Shown here: positions 28,701 to 40,700 of the stretch, one piece after another
How the letters are laid out: every line of letters starts with the position of its first letter
Numbering within the stretch: position 1 is the first letter of the stretch
DNA from: Verrucomicrobiota bacterium
Lineage (GTDB): Bacteria > Verrucomicrobiota > Verrucomicrobiia > Opitutales > Cerasicoccaceae
Length of the DNA stretch: 64,000 nucleotides
Reading direction: 5' to 3'
Assembly: GCA_039818205.1 (NCBI GenBank)
Contig: JBCBUK010000001.1
Coordinates: forward strand, 384,001 to 448,000
Notes under the pieces: generated by a model
Databases searched by the model: none
Told to the model about the DNA's origin: nothing
What the model saw: only the letters and a program-made list of their open reading frames with translations
Made by a program: the position numbers and the translations under genes

Positions 28701-31700
28701 GCAGCACGGAACGCGGTGCCGGAAATTTCAGCCGCAGTGACGCGTCCGGCGTCTACCAACTGTTGCAGCGTGACCGCGCCACTGGAGAGGAGCGTGTCAA
28801 GGTCTTCCGAACCGAGGTCGGCAAGATCACTCACGAGGATCAATCCAGCGTCAACCAATTCGGCCAAGGTGCTTTCACCCGAAGCGATCAGTGCCGCCAG
28901 ATTCGTCTCGGCGTTTGACTTCAGGTCGGTGATTTCGACGAATCCGCTAGCCACCAAATCGGCAATCGCCGCAATACCCTGCTCGACGAGTGGTAGCAAA
29001 GCGGTGAAATCAAGGTCGGTAAACTGTTCGACGCTCAGTAGGCCATTAGCAGCCAATTCACTCAGGCTAACGGTTCCTGCGTCCAGGAGATCAGTGAGAT
29101 TCAGATGGGCAATGGCTTCAAGCTCAGCCTGAGATGCAACCCCGGCCGCAACAAGCGCATCAACACTGAGTCGGTAGGCAGCGTCGATATCGGCCGCAGT
29201 AATCAATCCATTCGTGGCGAGCTGGGCCAAATCCAGGAACTGGACGGCAAGCAGATCATCGAGATCGGCTTCATTGGCAAGACCATCGAACAAGTTGAGG
29301 TTTAGATAGCGGAGGCTAGCCAATGGAGCACCAGCGTCACCGCCAATAAAGTTGTCTCCAACTTTCGCGTAGATCGGCAGGTCAACATCGACGCTCGCAT
29401 TTGGCTCGAAGACTAACTCACCGCCTTCGTCCGCAACACGTGCGCTCAAGGCCAGAGCAACCTTGCCCTTCTCTCCATCCGGTGAACCAATACTTGCCCC
29501 GAGCGGACCAAAATTAACGGCAGCAAAGAGTTCTTCGTCGGATGCGACAGATGCGCCGAGGAAAAGCTCGTCAAAGTTGAAGAAGACATCCGGGCTACTG
29601 GGATCGGCCAGGTCGATGCCGAACTCGAAATCAAGTGCGGCTTCGAGATCTAGTGCAAAATCGAGATCACCCTCGAGATTGAAACCAGCTCCTTCAAGAT
29701 CTCCAGCGATGTCAAGATTCACGTTGCGGCTGAAGGCATAATCGCCATCAAACACCGCCTTAAAGCCAGTCACCTTGCCTTCGGAATCCTTAATCTGAAC
29801 GAAGCTCAGTGGACCAACACCCGTCGAGGCGTCGAATCCTGGAAGCGTTGGCAACCAGTTTGCGGTCAGGTAGTCGATCAAGCCCGTGGCGATTGTCACC
29901 TGAGTCAAGTTTGAGAACGAGCCGATCGAGTTTAGGTAGGCAACAACGTAAGTATCGATGTTGAGGAAGGCCTCGAGCCCATCCCCACCAAGCAGGCTAT
30001 TGATCGAGACATCGGTGCCGAAAAGCTGACGGTCCAAAATCCCGCTGCTCTGAAGCGACTGGAGCAAGCTTGCTTTGAGCGATGAGACCAGATCGGCAAG
30101 CTCTTGCAAGGCGGCTTGATAGGCAACGGTATCAACCGCTTCGCCAATCGAGCCGATAATGTCCGGGAAGGTGAAAAGGATTGGGTTTGGTCCGGTCGCC
30201 GCACCGGTCAACGCCTTGAATAGTTCGGCGAGGCCATCGGTGCCATTGGCCGGATTGCTTTGAATACGCAGGTTAGGCTCAAGCGGAACTTCGAAGCCAA
30301 ACGCATCGACCACCACAGGCAGCTCGAGATCGAAACCACCGCGGCTTTCCAGATCAATGTTGTCAAACAGGTTTTCACTAAAGCGATAGAGGCCATCATC
30401 ACCAGATCCGCCGTCGCCATCGAGGACGAACGAGATCGCGGCAAAATCGCTCCGGTCGTTTTCATCGAGCAACTCAGGGTTCGTCGTTGCATCGCCGTCG
30501 GCATCGATCGTAAAGCGACCGCCTTCAGTCGAAATGGCCACGATGTCATTACCCAACGACATGCTTAAGTCCGTTCCGAGAACCTTAAAGCCAGCCTCAA
30601 TCTTGGTGCCATCGTTGAGACTCTCGTCAAAGTCATAGAAGAAGTTGTCAACCGGCTGGCCCGTTTCGCGCGGCCCGAGATCGACGCCATACCGGACATC
30701 AAGGCTCGCAAATCCCTTGATCATTACGCCACCGTCCTCAGTCGCGTCGAGGCTATCGATACCATCGAGCTCGGAACCCCCCTGCCCCGTCGCTGCCTTG
30801 AACGCACCGAGATCAAGTTTGAAGTTGAACATCTTCTCGAATGCGACGTCCAAATCGAGGTCGAGGCGCAGAACGTTGCCCTGCATGTAGGCACGGAAGA
30901 TATCCGTGTCGGTTTTGATATCGAGCCCGAGCTCGTCCATGATCAATCCGATCAACTTCTGAACATCATTCTCTGGGTCGAGCAATGCGGTTTCGACGGC
31001 GTCCACCGCATTGGTGATTTGCTGGTAAACGTCAAATATTTCGCGTACCGAAACGCCCAGGCCGGGCAGTTCCATGTTGTAAACGTCGACCGGCAACGAC
31101 TCATCGGTAATGAAGAATGGCAGCTGCGAAAAGGCCGAATCGATGTGATCACGGATACGACTGATACCGTCGAAAATGTCTTCGAGTCGGAGGTATTTGT
31201 AGAAAGACCAGATACCGGGAAGCTCCGATATATCGAGCTCCATATCAGCAGCATTATCGAGATCGGTAACGTTGAAGCTGATCGTAACTCCATTTGCTAC
31301 CGGGATGCCGCCCAGGCCAGTCTTCACCTTGATGCCGCGAAGTTCTGCATCGGCGGATCCGGACAAGTCAATGGCGAAGCTTCCATCCGAACTTCCATCG
31401 AGAACGCTTTGTAGCGCAAAGCGAGTTTGGCCTCCGGAATCAAGTGTTGCGACACTGCGGAAGTCCGTCTGCACCGTGCTTTCGAGACCGGATACATCAC
31501 CCAGTGTAACGCCAACAAATCCGAGACGACCCGAAGCATAGATCTCGCTCGCATCAAAGCTGACATCTCCGCTCAAGGTAAGATTGTCCAACTCCCAGAC
31601 CAGTGTTCCATCGCCGGTCGGCCCGTCGAGATCGGCGATGAGGTCAAAGCGACCACCCACTGTCGCGGCAATATCGACCAATCCATCCGTTACTAGGCCA

Positions 31701-34700
31701 ACGAGGTCGAAACCATAGTCATCCTGTAAATTAATATCGAGGTTCTGCAGACCGAATGGATCGAAGTCGTATCCGTCAAAATGCCGGATACTGATCAAGC
31801 CCAACTCGAAAAGATCTCCAACGGTGAGGAAACCTTCCTCTAGGATGTAATCCATGTCGACCAACTCGCCGAACTCCGAATCAACAATTGGGCCCAATCC
31901 AAGCACTTGTGCGAGCGGCACGGGCTCAAGATCAAGGCTATCCACATCGATCAGTCCAAGATCATCAAGATCTGCATGAGTGATCAGACCTGCGTTCGCC
32001 AATTCAGCAGCCGTAATCAAGCTACTATCAAGCAGGGCAATGGTATTGACGTCGTCATCCGGGCCAACAAGGCCAGCAGATTCCAATTCAGCCTGAGTCA
32101 GTGCTGTACCGGTAGTCAACTGCGTAACGGTGAATGACTCGACGGTGCCAAACAGTTGCTCGCGGGTGACCGCTCCTAAGTCGAGGTAATCCTGTAGCCT
32201 CAATACACTGCTGTCGATTCCAGCTAGCGTGATCTGGTTAAAGGCAGATGCCGCAAGGTATCCGCCTGAAATCAGCGCATCATAGCTTGTCAAACCTTCG
32301 TCGACCAAACCAGTAGTCAGCACGCGATCCGACAGCTGCCCAGCGCCGACCAAGTCAGCAAAGCTTGCGAGTGAGGCATTGATCACCGTCAGGGCGTCGA
32401 TCTCATCGACCATAAGATCTTCAGCGATCAAGTCACTAAACACGAGCGCAACTTCATCGACCAAGGTCGTTGCCGCAATGGTTTCCGTCGCGAAACCGGC
32501 TCCGACCAATTCCCCGTATTCGATCAGATTATTCGCCAAGATTGAGCTGATCGTAACTGGATTATTCAGATCGATTCCAGCATTGGTCAGCGCAGTGTTG
32601 GTCGTCAGGCCAGCAGAGACCAAATCAGCTGCGGCAATTCCAGTGTCACCCAAAACACCCGCTGCAACCAAGTCATCGAAAGTGGTCAAACTTGTGCGGA
32701 GTAATTCTTCAATCGAAACCGTCCGATCATCGACCAGATCGCTCGCACTCAAGTCGGCATCGGTCACTAGACCTGCGCTGATCAACTGTGTGATCGAAAG
32801 TGTATCGGACACAATACCGGCACTAATCAAGGCATCAATCGTTGTGATGCCATCGCCAATCAGCGATTGAGCCGATTGCGTTCGGGCTTGCGCGAACAAC
32901 TGATCAGGCGTCAAAGCGCCACTTGCTAGTAGCAGCATCAACTTCTCGCTCGTGAGGTCAACCGAACCAAACAGCGCTGCCGATGGATCCAGCAGACCCT
33001 CGGTCGTGAGGAAGTTCAAATCCAACAGGCCAAGCGCATCAAAGTCTTCTAAGCTGAATCGGTGTAGATCGAGGGTAAAGTCGATTGGCAGAACAATCTC
33101 TTGAGTCACCGGATTGTAGCCGACTTGCTCACCTTCCAAGAGAACACCTGAGGCGTTGATCTCGCTCGCTAATGCTTGCAAAGTGCCCGCTGCCTCAAAA
33201 TCAATCTGCGAGAGGACGAGCAACTCAAAGGCGAATCCAAAGTCGAGCACCTCGCCGAGGCTTTTTTCCAGATAAGGAACGCGCTTGTTGAATAGCTCGG
33301 TTTCGTTGACCGTGGCCAACCACTCATCCTTGATCGCGTTTAGCTGGGTCTCAAAGTCACCAACACGAAGCTGGGCAAAGTCACGCAGGTTATCGAAATT
33401 CTCGAGATTTAGCGGTCCGCTTGTCGACGGAAGCAAGTCGCCACTATAGCGGATGCGAGCATCCTGGCCGAGGGTAACATCCTGACCGGCCAACTCTGCG
33501 AAGACCGGTAGGTTGATGTCGAAGGCACCAGTTGAATTCGTATCGATTGTGTCCGAAGCCAGCACGAGGGTCGTGCTGCCATTGAGGCTCAAGCTAGCTG
33601 AGCCAAGATCGCCAGGCGTACCAATCGAAACCTCTAGATCGCCAATCAGGCTATCGAACTCGAGGCCACTCGCGAAAGCGGTTATCAAGATTTCGTTGCG
33701 GAAGCTCAGCCCCTCGGTTCCAGAGAAGCCATCGAGATCGGCAACAAACGTCAAGTGGGCGTTGACCGCTCCTGAGAGTTCCGCCAGGGCGTCGCGCACC
33801 AAGTCACTGATCAGATCAGCATCCGCACCAGTTGCACCCAGATCAAATTGGTCCAGCTCGCCTAAAGCCAGTGGAATATCAAGCTCCACCTTCAGTTGAC
33901 GGGTAGCACCGTCGTAGGAAGCGACCGTTGCTGGTACGGCTGTTTGCAGCGCCGAAACGAAATCCTGGACCGTGTCAATTGTATCGAAATCAATCAGCGA
34001 AAGGACGTTTGTTTTGAAGGCGTCATCGAAACCAAAGATGTCTCCAATCGAAGCGCCCAGCATTGGTATATGAGCGCTGAGAAAATCATCTTGCTGCAAC
34101 GTTTCACCCCACTGCCCGACCGTCTGGAAAAGCTCATTTAGGTCCGCGACCGCTAGTTCTGCAAAGTAAGCAAACTCCTGGAAGTTTTCGGCATTGAACG
34201 AAACCGCCGATCCCAGTTGGCCATCGAATACATCGCCATTCAAACGGATCCGTGGCTGGTTTGCCGTTAAGTCATGAATAGCAGTACCGGCGAGTTCAGC
34301 GTATATCGGCAGGTTGATGTCCAGCGAGCTATCTGCCGAGACACCATAAACACCCTCGGCCAAAGTCAGGCTTCCGTTAACGTCTAGATCAAAGGAGCCC
34401 AATTGAGCGCTGGATTGCCCGAGATTCACCGCCAGATCTCCAACGCGGGCAGGCAGCTCGATATCGCTGCGATCGACTTCAACGGTGAAGTCAAACTTGT
34501 CGACCGTGAGGCTTCCGATTGGCATATTGTCTGCCCATCCAACGGCGATCGTGAAATCCAGATCAGCGGTAACGTCCAGATCCAGGCTCGCGGTCTCCTC
34601 AGCAGTTAGGCCAAGCGCCAACGCTTCATCACCAAGAACGAGCGCCGCGCTGCGCGAGTAAGTGACCTCATCGTCGATGCCAAAGGTAAAGCCAGTGATC

Positions 34701-37700
34701 TTGCCGTCAGTCCGCTGGAAAGTCACCTTGAGCGGGGCTGCCCCCAGGAGAGCACCTCCAAAAAGCTGGCTGAACCAGTTGGCTTCGAGGTAGCTAAGCA
34801 AACCTCCGATGCTTGGCTCTTCATCCTCACTGAATGGGATTGGATCGTCCGCCGGGAACGGCTGGTTTGGATTGAGCGAGCGGAAAAGGTAATGGTCGAT
34901 GTAGTCACCCAATTGCGTGAAGACAGTCACGTCCGTCAAATCACCCAAGGTCGCATTGGTGCCTGGAATCGCCTGAGTGAGGATCTCCTGAACGGCGGCG
35001 GTAAAGCTCTGTTTGAATCCGATAAGGTCCGCCGATAATCCTTGCAGCGCCCGAGAAAGCTGATCGATAACCGCCTCACGCTCAAATGCACTCGTGGCAA
35101 TCGCAACGGTCATATCGAAGCTACCTAAGCGGGTGCGCACTTCAGCGAACGGTGAGGAACCCGTCGAAACGTAGCCACCATCGGTGATAAACTCCGAGCG
35201 GCTACGACCAATATCGGCAACTAAGTCGGTGGTGACCGCCGAGAAATCGAGAATACCGCCACTGTCGTCCTTCAAGCGGTCATCGCCAAAGTTGTTTCCA
35301 AAATAAAACGTATCGATACCCGTACCACCGTCGAGCGAGTCGTCTCCAGTGCCACCAAAAATCGCATCCCAGCCAGCACCTGCTTCAATGCGGTCGGCAC
35401 CCGAGCCACCGATCAATACGTCGCCACCGGAGCCGCCAAAAATATCGTCGTCACCCGCTGCGCCTTCAATGCGGATGCCACCAACCGAACGGGAACCGTC
35501 GAGTTCGTCGTCACCAACGCCACCGCGCAAGATGCTACCCGAGCGCGTTCCAGCGATCAAAACATCATCACCAACGCCGCCGTCGAACTCGACAGCCACA
35601 CCACTCAGGCCAGATGCATCAAAGGTATCATCACCTTCGCCGCCATCGGCAACCACCTTATTTACGTTGAAGTAGGTGGTGGTGTATTCGCCATACTGCA
35701 CGGTCACGGTACCGCCCGAGCCCGAAAGCGTGTATGCTTCGCCACCGTCCTCGGTATCAATGTATAGGCGCATCCCCGCGCGAGATCCTGTGTGCAGATA
35801 GAGGGTTCCATCGGCTTCACGATGAGCCAATACAGGCTCGACATCCGGCGCTTCAAAACTCCAATTAAAGAGGTCGAACTCGGCGAGAGTAAGTTCCCAA
35901 TCCTGCTCAACTACGAGCAAATCAACATAGGCGAAGAGAAAAATTCGGGCGCGTAGCTCAGCGGAAAGGTCAACCAAGTTCAACAGACCGCCGAGGTCCT
36001 CCAAGTCGAACACACCATTGTCTTCCGGCACGTTGCCGTCGATATCTGGCGGAGTGTAATTGAAAAGAGTCGCGACTTCCGAACCACGGATCTTTCCGTC
36101 GTCGTTAATGTCGTTCAGGTCGATCTCGCCTCGGAAAATAATCTCACCGGCGGCACCAGCACCGGCGATCCCGACACCTACTCCACCCTTCAGTCCAATG
36201 TTTGCATCGATGATGAACTCAGGTTGATCCTCAGTTCCATCCAAACCGAAGTCCGAGAGGAAGAAACCGTCCAACAACCACGCATAGTTGTTGTTTTCCA
36301 GTGCCTTGCGTGCACCAAAAGTATCGTAACCAAAGGCGAGGTCTGCTGTTGCTTTGAATCCGCCAAATGCGGCAATTTCAATCGGAACGGGTCCCGCCGC
36401 AAAGCGGCCAATGATCTTGTCGAAGCTGAATTCAACTTCGAGCAAGGGCATCTCATAGGTAAAGAGCGTTGCATCCTCACCCTGAAGCAGCTTTGCCCAG
36501 TTGCCGATGTCCGTAATGTATTCCAGGAACTGGAAACCCCGGCGTTCGGCAGTCGCTTCGCCACCACCGAGACTCTCTTCTTCGATCTGAACAAGCCCTT
36601 CCGACAACGTAGAGCTGCCTACGGTGCTGAACTTGCTGGTCCACTGGACATCGCCCGTGGCCAAACCAGTGATATCACCGAGTAAGATGACACCCGTTGG
36701 CTTACCGGATCCATCGAGCTGGAAGAGCTGATTGATTCGATCCGGCAGGGTCAGCATGTTCTGAGCGGCATAGACAAACGACCAATCAATCTGGTCACGT
36801 CCCTCCAGATTATTTACGAAATTGATGATCCCCAGGATGTTCGCATCATCCTCTTCAAAACCGATATCAACCAGTTCTGGAATTGGGTTGAGAAGCGCGT
36901 CAATGAAGCCGCGGAATGGCTCCAAGTTTTTCGCGATCTCAATGACGGTTGGCTGGAGGAAGTCCGTTACCAGGCTGCCCGCATCAACACCAAGGTTAGT
37001 GATGCGCAGATTCGGGGCGGACAAGCCGGTGTCGTCGTCATACGACATATCGAAGCGCAACTCACCGACGAGCTTCGGAATAAAGTTTGCCTCGGGAACG
37101 GAAAGCTGAAGACCAAGATCAACATTGGCCGCAACGTTGTAGTCGAGCTCGATGACATCCGAGACCTCACGCGCCGAAATAATGCTATCGAGAGTCAGAC
37201 GGTTGCGCTCATTTGTGCCGCTCTTCAGGTCGACGTTCAATGTTCCAAAGAGGCCGCTTTGCCCTGGATTCAAATCGCTAACGGCGAGTTCCAAGAAGCC
37301 CAGGCTACCAGAACCAGAGAATGGCGTGATGGCACTTGGATTCGTCGGAGACCCATCGAGGTAAACGGCAACATCGACACGAAGCTCAGGATCTCCGGTC
37401 GGGTCTCCGGAATTAGCCGCGTCTGTCGGGTCATTAAGCGTGAGGAAGAATCCGTCTTGGACACTGAGTCCAAATCCGAAGTCCAGTTCCCAGTCCAACT
37501 CAACACTGACGCCACCATCGATATCGAGACCGATGCCAGGCAAGTCGAAATCGATTGGGATATCAACACCGGTATTCAGAACCGTGCCACCGAGTTGGAA
37601 ATCGAACTCCAACGCCTCGGCATCTAGTGGTGGCAATTCGTCTTCGACCCACGCTTCCGTTGAGCCGTCGTCCAGGCGCCAACGCAGCGCCACATCACCT

Positions 37701-40700
37701 TCGTCGGCAATATTGTTTCCATTGCGATCGCGTAACACACCCAAGCGCGTTCCGAGTACGGTTACGAGAGCATCGCGAATGAACTCAGCAGGTTGCGTCT
37801 CGTCGAGTGTTTGCTTTAGCTCAGCCACGAAACCGCGGCGGATATCCAAGATAAAATCCGAAAGGCTGTAGAGGCGCTCACCCATTAGCGGGATATTTTG
37901 AGCCAGGCCACCGCGGAGAACATCCTCAACCGCGCCCAGAGCAAGATCAACGCCGTCGACAATGTAGACCGGGTCGTTAAGGAGCGCAAGGATTGAGAAA
38001 TCGCCTCCGAAGGCTTCAAACGTGCCCACGACATTACCGAAATCGAAGACCACTGCAGGCGGCTCGTTCTCTGGCAATGGCTCCTTGCTGGCCAGCTGCT
38101 GCAGCAGTGTCATCAGGGCTTGATCACCGTAGAACGGATTCGTCTGGATAACGATCGGGTCGAGCTCAAGCGAGGTCTCCCCAATCGTCATAAGCAATGG
38201 GAGCTCAATGTGAACGCTACCCAACAGTTCCCATATGATATTGTCCGAAATGCTCTCGCTGACGCGATACTTGCCATCGTCACCCGGGGTTCCCGCACCT
38301 GTCAGGAAGATCGACAATTCCGCAAAGTCGTCGTCAGTAATCGAGGAGCCATCGCGATCAATGATAATCTGGCCATCTGCGACTGCCAAATTCAGTGGGC
38401 CAACCTTAAAGCCCAAATCCAACCCGGTGCCGATTACGCGAGTGCCCAGAGTCAACCGAGTGCCCTCGCCTGTCGCAGCACTGTAATCGTATAAGAAAAC
38501 GTCCGGACCACCGGGTGAGGTCAACGACTTCAAGTCGATACCGAGATTCAAGATGGCCTCAATCTTTCCCCACAGTTGCAGGTCGGCCGACGCACCAACA
38601 CCAACAAGATCGGTCAGTTGCTCAATATTGTCCAGGTAATCAAGATTGTCCGCACCGGAGATATCTTTGATCGCCGAGAGATCGAGGTTGAAAGTCACCA
38701 GCGAGGAAACCATCCGTGACCAATCGACATCCACCTTTAGGACGTCATTATCGATGCTCAGCTCGAAGTCGTCATCCGCAAGACCCAGGGCGTCCTCGAT
38801 GATTGTTTCAAAGCCTTGGATCAAACCACCTTCTTGGTCAGCTGCCGCCTGAATTTGCTGGGCTAGCTCGCTCGTAAAGTCGAATACTTCTTCCAGGGTG
38901 ACATCGAGTCCCGGAAGACGAGCATCGTAAAGTGGCGTGTCGCTCAATGAATCCTCAACAAAGCTCAGCCCAACCTGAAGAGCCGCAACTACGTTGTCGA
39001 AGGTGATGTTTTTAACATCGAGCAAACTGCCGAGATCCGGGAGGACGGTGGTTGCCGTAGAAAGATCTGAAAGATCAGAAATCGAGATTCCGATCGTCTC
39101 GCTTTCGTTTACGAATAGGTCGCCGAAGTCGGAATCAACTTTGATTCCCTGCAGCTGAGCGGAAGCCGCGCCGCTATAGTCAAAGTAGAACGCATCACGG
39201 AAGGTATTACGGACCAATTCGCGAAGCCCAAAGGACTGGTCGTTGGTCGTGTTAAGATCACCGTCGAGATCTAAAGCCGCGACCACACTCGCATCCAAGT
39301 GAACCCCGGAGCCATCAACTCCTTCGCCGATAGTCAGACCCAGGCTACCGAGTCGAGCCTTGGCGACAAAGTCCTCGACGTCCAACTTCGTATCCGCACT
39401 CAGGCGGGCACCCTGAACAAGGATTTCGAAATCGCTGTTATTGTCCGCGCCATCAAGGTCAAAGACCAAGTCAACGGCGGCATTGACATCGATACCCAAG
39501 GACGCAATGGCCTCAGTAGTTAGCTCAAACAGATCTGCATCGGACAGGTCGAGTCCAAGATCCAAGGGCAGATTATCAAACGGAGTCAGCGATGCCGAGT
39601 AGCGGATCGGCAGGATAATTTGATTCTCAACGGCATCGTAGCTGACCTGTGCACCATCTGGGAGCACCAGCTTGTTCGCAACCTCGACAAAAAATTCTTG
39701 CAGATTGGTAACGTTGCTGAGATCGAGCTTCGAGAGATACCCTTCGTTAAAGGATTCTGCAAAGTCGACGACGTCACCGAGGTTAACCCCGGCAAATGGG
39801 ATCTCGACGTCAAAAATGTCGTAGCCAACAACGTCGCTCAGCCAGAGCGAGATGTCGTCCAGCGCGACAAAGAGATCGGAAACTTCGAAGCGAGAAAAGT
39901 CTGTTAGGCGGTCGAAACCGTTTGCTTGGACGTCGACACCGCTCTCACCTGCTCCCGGGAAAAGCTTGCCCGCAGCAGTTACTCGAAGGTCCGTTCCCTC
40001 GGACAAATCGACACTTCCAAGCGAAGCGGAGATCGGCAGGTTTATATCAACGTTGCCGTCAAAAATTGGTGAGAACGCGCCGCCGGTGTAAGAGAAGCCA
40101 CCGGTCAGATCAATCGCCGCCGTGCCTTTCTCGGCTCCTTGGCCGACGCCGACCGCGAGTGGTCCTACAGCCGCATCAAAGGTAAGGTCTTGGGAATCGG
40201 CGCCTGCGCCAACAGAGAATTCATTGAGGTTGAAACTCGTTGCACCCGTGTTGAAGTCCACCCCGAAGTCGAAATCGACCGTGAAATCCAAATCGAAATC
40301 AACTGTTCCATCCAGGGTCAGGCCAAGGTTCTCCGCCTCCTCACCCAAGGCGAGACGAGCAGTCCGGGTCGCGGTGTTATTAGCGCGGAAAGCAAACGCA
40401 ACGCCTGAGGTTGTGACCGACCAGGTGAGCGCAAAATCGTCCTCTGAAATGAAGCTCAGCCACTCGTTCGAGAGAAAGTCGATGATCTCGGGAAGCGTTG
40501 GGAGCGCATCGCCAGTCTGCCAGGTCGTTGGATCAAATTGTTCGAGGTAACGTTCGAGGGCATCCCCCACTTCGAGGTAGCGGTCAAGACCACTAAAAAG
40601 CTGATTGAGCGTCAGATTTGTCCCCAGGATCTCGGTGTCGAGAATGTCCTGGAAATTAAAGTCTGCGAACACCTGCTGAAGCTCATCAGCAAGATCCAAA

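Noticed and set aside
28000..33060. MshEN c-di-GMP-binding domains
   Set aside because: The RLG and terminal Gln ligand residues are missing, and the protein is predicted to be extracellular.
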